Shown here: positions 30,022-33,854 of the stretch, piece by piece
How positions within the stretch are numbered: the stretch's first letter is position 1
Layout: every line of letters starts with the position of its first letter
NCBI GenBank assembly: GCA_002269645.1
Contig: NIVC01003326.1
Location: 1-33,854 of the forward strand
Reading direction: 5' to 3'
Length of the DNA: 33,854 nt
From: Macrostomum lignano
Taxonomy: Eukaryota
The notes under the pieces: model-generated
What the model was told of the DNA's origin: nothing
What the model saw: the letters and a program-made list of their open reading frames with translations, nothing else
Database searches by the model: none
Made by a program: the position numbers and the translations under genes

Positions 30022-32109
30022 CTAAACTAACTGCATCATCTGCATGCGTGTGAAGCAGATATTGAGCAAAGCCTTTTTCTAAGTTTTCATGACAATAGAT
30101 AGCTTGATGGTTTTTGAAATATTGTGTGCACATCTAAATTAAAGAACAACTTTTTGTTGGAAAAAGTGAACAAGTGCAGCAGCTAGTAAATGTAAAAAAA
30201 TATCCAGGAAAATAAATAGAATGGATAGCTAAATCTAAAATCGAGTTCTTCATTATTATTTTGGTCTCCAGATTTATTTGTTAGTAAAATTAAAAATTTT
30301 CCAGCAAAATCTCGACTGGTACGAGCGTATTGCAGTGGTGAAACAGCAATTTCTATGCTTTTCGACTTAGTACCTTATGTGGACTGCATGCGACGCATAT
30401 AAAAACAAGGCATTTAAAACTCAAGTCTCATTCACATCGCCATGAAGGAGCCAGAAAATCGCTCGACCAATGTACAAACCCGTGCAACATTCCGACGTTA
30501 ATCGTCGTACCCGACATGGATGGACGCGTCGCTGACAAAAGGGTACTTCTTCTTCAGACTCTTTTTTGTTCCCCTGAATTTAAAACCAATTACCTTCGTT
30601 AGTTTTTAATACAATTTTAATATACAGAGCATCGTCACTCATCGGCATAGTGTAAAATTGTAAAATTACCAAAATTATTGTACGGGTAAGCGATGGAGAG
30701 GTTTAAAAATGTACTACGCCGCGTGATCAAATAAAATCTGGGTCCGTTTGATCGCAGTTGAAACGGGCAATTGCCCATTAGCGCTACTTTTAGCTCAGAA
30801 ATCTTACGAGTCATACAAAGACTGACCGAATCTACTGCTAGCCATTAAGCTTTTATTGAAGTTTGCCGGCTTTAAACTTTTACCTTTCAGTTGTATAACA
30901 TAGGGAGCTGGAATTTTTCACAAAAAGTTACTTAAAATGGATCCATCGCTGTTTTCAATTCTTTTATTGACACTTTTTAATCGCTTGACAAATGATGGGT
31001 ATCTGTGACACTGAACTGGACTAGAGTTTTACGGCTGATATCGAATCGTTCCTCTGTACCATGCGATGGTAGATGCAGGCTTAACTGCGGCTCAAATATG
31101 ATCGTATTTAGTGGTGTCTTTTACTGTGTTTGATGTCTGTTTGCACAAATAGATGACGCCGCGCCACCGGTCCCCGCCCACTAAGGCGGGTGCTTGATTC
31201 GCCTCAAATGACATTAACCAGCATGTGCATACCAATTGGCGCTGTTAGGTAAGAAAGTTGGCGATGGACTGCTCCCTCCAGAAGAAGCCGGGTGTTTGTG
31301 ATACAGCAACCCGGACTGGAGGCGGGCGCGTCGTTTTCTCGGGCGCGTCGGAAGGGGGTATACTGCAGCTTAGAAATGCTCCTGTTAGTGATGAGTTCTT
31401 GTTGGGCTTAAGACGGATGGCGCAGTCAAAGTGGGATCATAACTCTGCTTAATTAATACTATAGGCGAATATAGAATGTAGTTTTGTGTACATTTCTCAT
31501 ACTCAAATGTATAAAATGCCACATAATTGCAGTACTGGGTAAAAACGCTGACTTCAAAATACAGGTAGGGTATACATGCAAAAACAAAGAGGGATACGGC
31601 ATGCAAAAGTCACGTTGTTTAGGTTACCGGTAATCTATGTACCCATTTGTGTTGTAGAGAAACATTTCATTGTCCCTGTTCTATTTATGTCTCTATCAAT
31701 GTATTTTATGTACCTATTTTATCTATGTATCAACGAATTCAACTGTATTACGTCATGCATTTATGTCTTTGGCAGGTGAAACGTTTCATACCGCTAATAG
31801 AGCTTTTAAATATTAATGTCGCGAATTCCCAAGTATGACTGTCGACGACATTATTTTAAAGCGATTAAGACCGAATGAATGTTCGAATTTAGCTTGTAGA
31901 AGAAACTTTTCCAGTGTCCTTATGAAGTTATGAAGTCGCAAACCCATCAGTTTGAGCCATGGACGACGCATTAATGGTTTAGAACGAACCTTTTGAATGC
32001 TAATTAATTAGATAAGCAATGTGTAATTTTTGTCAGATAATTAGCCATTAATGTGCTCTGGCTATGATAGCAATCTTTAGTGTTTTGTCTCACTTGTTGT
32101 CTAGACCAT

Positions 32110-32262
32110 TTGACAATATAGTCTAGTAGTTGAGCGTCGAACTCACGACTAAAAGGTCGGGGGTTCGATTCTCGACCCGCTTGGAACAATTTGTGTCCTT
32201 GAGGAAGACACCTACCTCTGCATTTCTTCAGCTCACCCAAGCTGTAAAATGGGTGCTTCACA
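32110..32262 (+). mobile_element. tRNA-derived SINE with CORE-like domain
   Basis: A-box-like TAGTCTAGTAGTT at 32119; B-box GGTTCGATTCT at 32162; TGTGTCCTTGAGGAAGACAC...CTGTAAAATGGG resembles the MIR/CORE region. Confidence 0.7.
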
Positions 32263-32978
32263 TAGGAGAAGTTGATAGAGAAATTTCATAGAAAAAATAT
32301 AGAATCCAGAAGTGCACATAGCTTACGCTGGTACAATTTTCATGAGGAAAATCGAGTTTTTATTTTGATTCTTTCCTTGCGTACTACTGAGTAGTAAGGA
32401 AAGAATGTAAAGTGAAAATGTTAAATAAATAAGACAGCCTGCTTATAGGATCATATAGAGCTTTAAAGTGCTGTACTTATAAGCAAAATTTCGGATTTAA
32501 AAATATTTAAACAAATTTTAACGAAAAATTGTTTACAAACAATCGAGAGATTTTAAAGCTTCCAAGGTCCCAATCTTAATTTTATAACTTCTTAAAACCA
32601 ATTCCATTTATTTTTGTTAAATTTATTGACTTCAATTAATACAATTTTACGTCAAAATCATCATTTCAACAAATATTGAATCCCTACCTATCAAACGAGG
32701 AACTGAACACCACATAGAAAGAAATTTTCACCTATTAATTTAAATAAAAGCGTCCAATATGAGTGTCGTACTTGATACTTTTAAAAAAGGTTCCCAATGG
32801 TTCCTTTCAGAATTTTCGGCATAATGTAAACTGCATGCTTTTCTTCTAGGCCACGGTTGATAGGCAAGATTGAGTTGATGTCGCTTGAATGTTGTCGGGC
32901 TTAATCTAAAATTTGAAGGTTTTTGCTGATGTACTATAGTGGTTGCTAATATACTCATTGGACATGTTTCAGCAGAGA

Positions 32979-33368
32979 TTACTCACAATCAAAATCCCAT
33001 CCAGGAGCAGTTTTACCGCCTTTCTTGCCGCCCTTCTTGCCCTTTTTTCCCTTCTTGCCCTTTTTTCCTTTCTTGGCCTTCTTTCCCTTCTTGGCCTTCT
33101 TTCCTTTCTTGGCCTTCTTTCCTTTCTTGGCCTTCTTTCCTTTCTTGGCGCCTTTCTTTCCGCCCTTCTTGGCGGCTTTCTTGGATTCCTTCTTGGCGAC
33201 CTTCTTGGCGACCTTCTTGGCGACCTTCTTGGATTCCTTCTTGGCGACCTTCTTGGCGACCTTCGTGGCGACCTTCGTGGCGACCTTCGTGGCGACCTCC
33301 TTGGCAATCTTTTTAGTTTTTGCATCCCCCTTCTTGCCGGCTTTCTTGCTTGTCGCCATTGCAAGCAT
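32979..33368 (-). CDS. Lys/Ala/Gly-rich highly basic protein (histone H1-tail / sperm nuclear basic protein-like), no globular domain in this exon
   Basis: VAKK, ESKK and GKKAKK repeats; acceptor TGTCTTTTAG just upstream (exon from 33397); a GTGAGT donor at 32986 suggests further exons are possible. Confidence 0.65.
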   Translation of the reverse strand: MLAMATSKKAGKKGDAKTKKIAKEVATKVATKVATKVAKKVAKKESKKVAKKVAKKVAKKESKKAAKKGGKKGAKKGKKAKKGKKAKKGKKAKKGKKAKKGKKGKKGKKGKKGGKKGGKTAPGWDFDCE

Positions 33369-33854
33369 GTTGTTTCTAGTTGGAGCCGATTCGCCGACTA
33401 AAAGACAGATTAGATTAGAAAAGTTTTGACTTAACTAAATGCTTGGTGAGATGCGTCGTAGAACGCGCAAACTACATGGATCATCATAGAATTTTACTTA
33501 CGGCAGATGGCTGCAACGGCCACGATAGCTAGTAGAAAGATGAGCTTCATCACTGCTAAGATTTAGTTAGTGTTAAGATATTCCACTAGAAACCAGGAGA
33601 GTTAAACTGAAGTGAATTAGCCGGGAGCTTTGCGGGCGAGCCTGCAGGTTCTTAAAATGGTTTCGATTATTCCTAAGTCAAAAAACCAGCTGCTATCGAC
33701 CAGAGAGACTCAGCCATGCCGCTCCACGTCCTCCCTGCATGCATGGACTTCGACACTACCAAAGTTACTTCGTCATGCATTCAGGAACTGCAGTCTATAG
33801 CTTTGGACCTTTTTGGGAATTCCCCGTGACTGCCCACTGCACCATGGCGCGGAG

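Noticed and set aside
31258-31452. 64-aa GC-rich ORF and a nearby PBS-like TGGCGCAGTCAAAGTGGGAT
   Set aside because: No recognisable domain, convincing splice context or LTR pair.
32939-33429. Plus-strand Phe/Leu-rich or SWRP ORFs, superficially membrane proteins
   Set aside because: Reverse-complement shadows of the AAG-rich basic protein; splice signals favour the minus strand.

Overview
Eukaryotic (animal-like) nuclear DNA with AT-rich introns, GC-rich exons and dense transposon content. No searches or folding were run; everything comes from reading the sequence. Host genes: a hedgehog-type Hint/Hog exon (1577-2198, two frameshifts) with a possible upstream coiled-coil exon; a complete six-exon NUDT18-like Nudix hydrolase on the minus strand (26526 to 13143); a secreted PAN/apple + C-type lectin (one frameshift); and a Lys-rich basic chromatin-type protein. 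Mobile DNA: an 8.2-kb foldback-type Mutator (Phantom-like) element with an 8-bp TSD, whose intact transposase ends in a RING finger and which contains a nested P-like element; a 5'-truncated RTE-like LINE in NUDT18 intron 1; a tRNA/CORE-type SINE; several MITEs; and a 7.4-kb internally deleted Polinton/Maverick-like element in the last NUDT18 intron. Main discovery: the Polinton's PLA2-like/integrase gene is interrupted by an 837-nt group I (IC1-type) intron at 14223-15059. It has recognisable P1-P9 elements and a PD-(D/E)XK nuclease ORF in its P2.1 loop. Removing it exactly restores the motif HIPGYSFAG|PGTNLDKRL.
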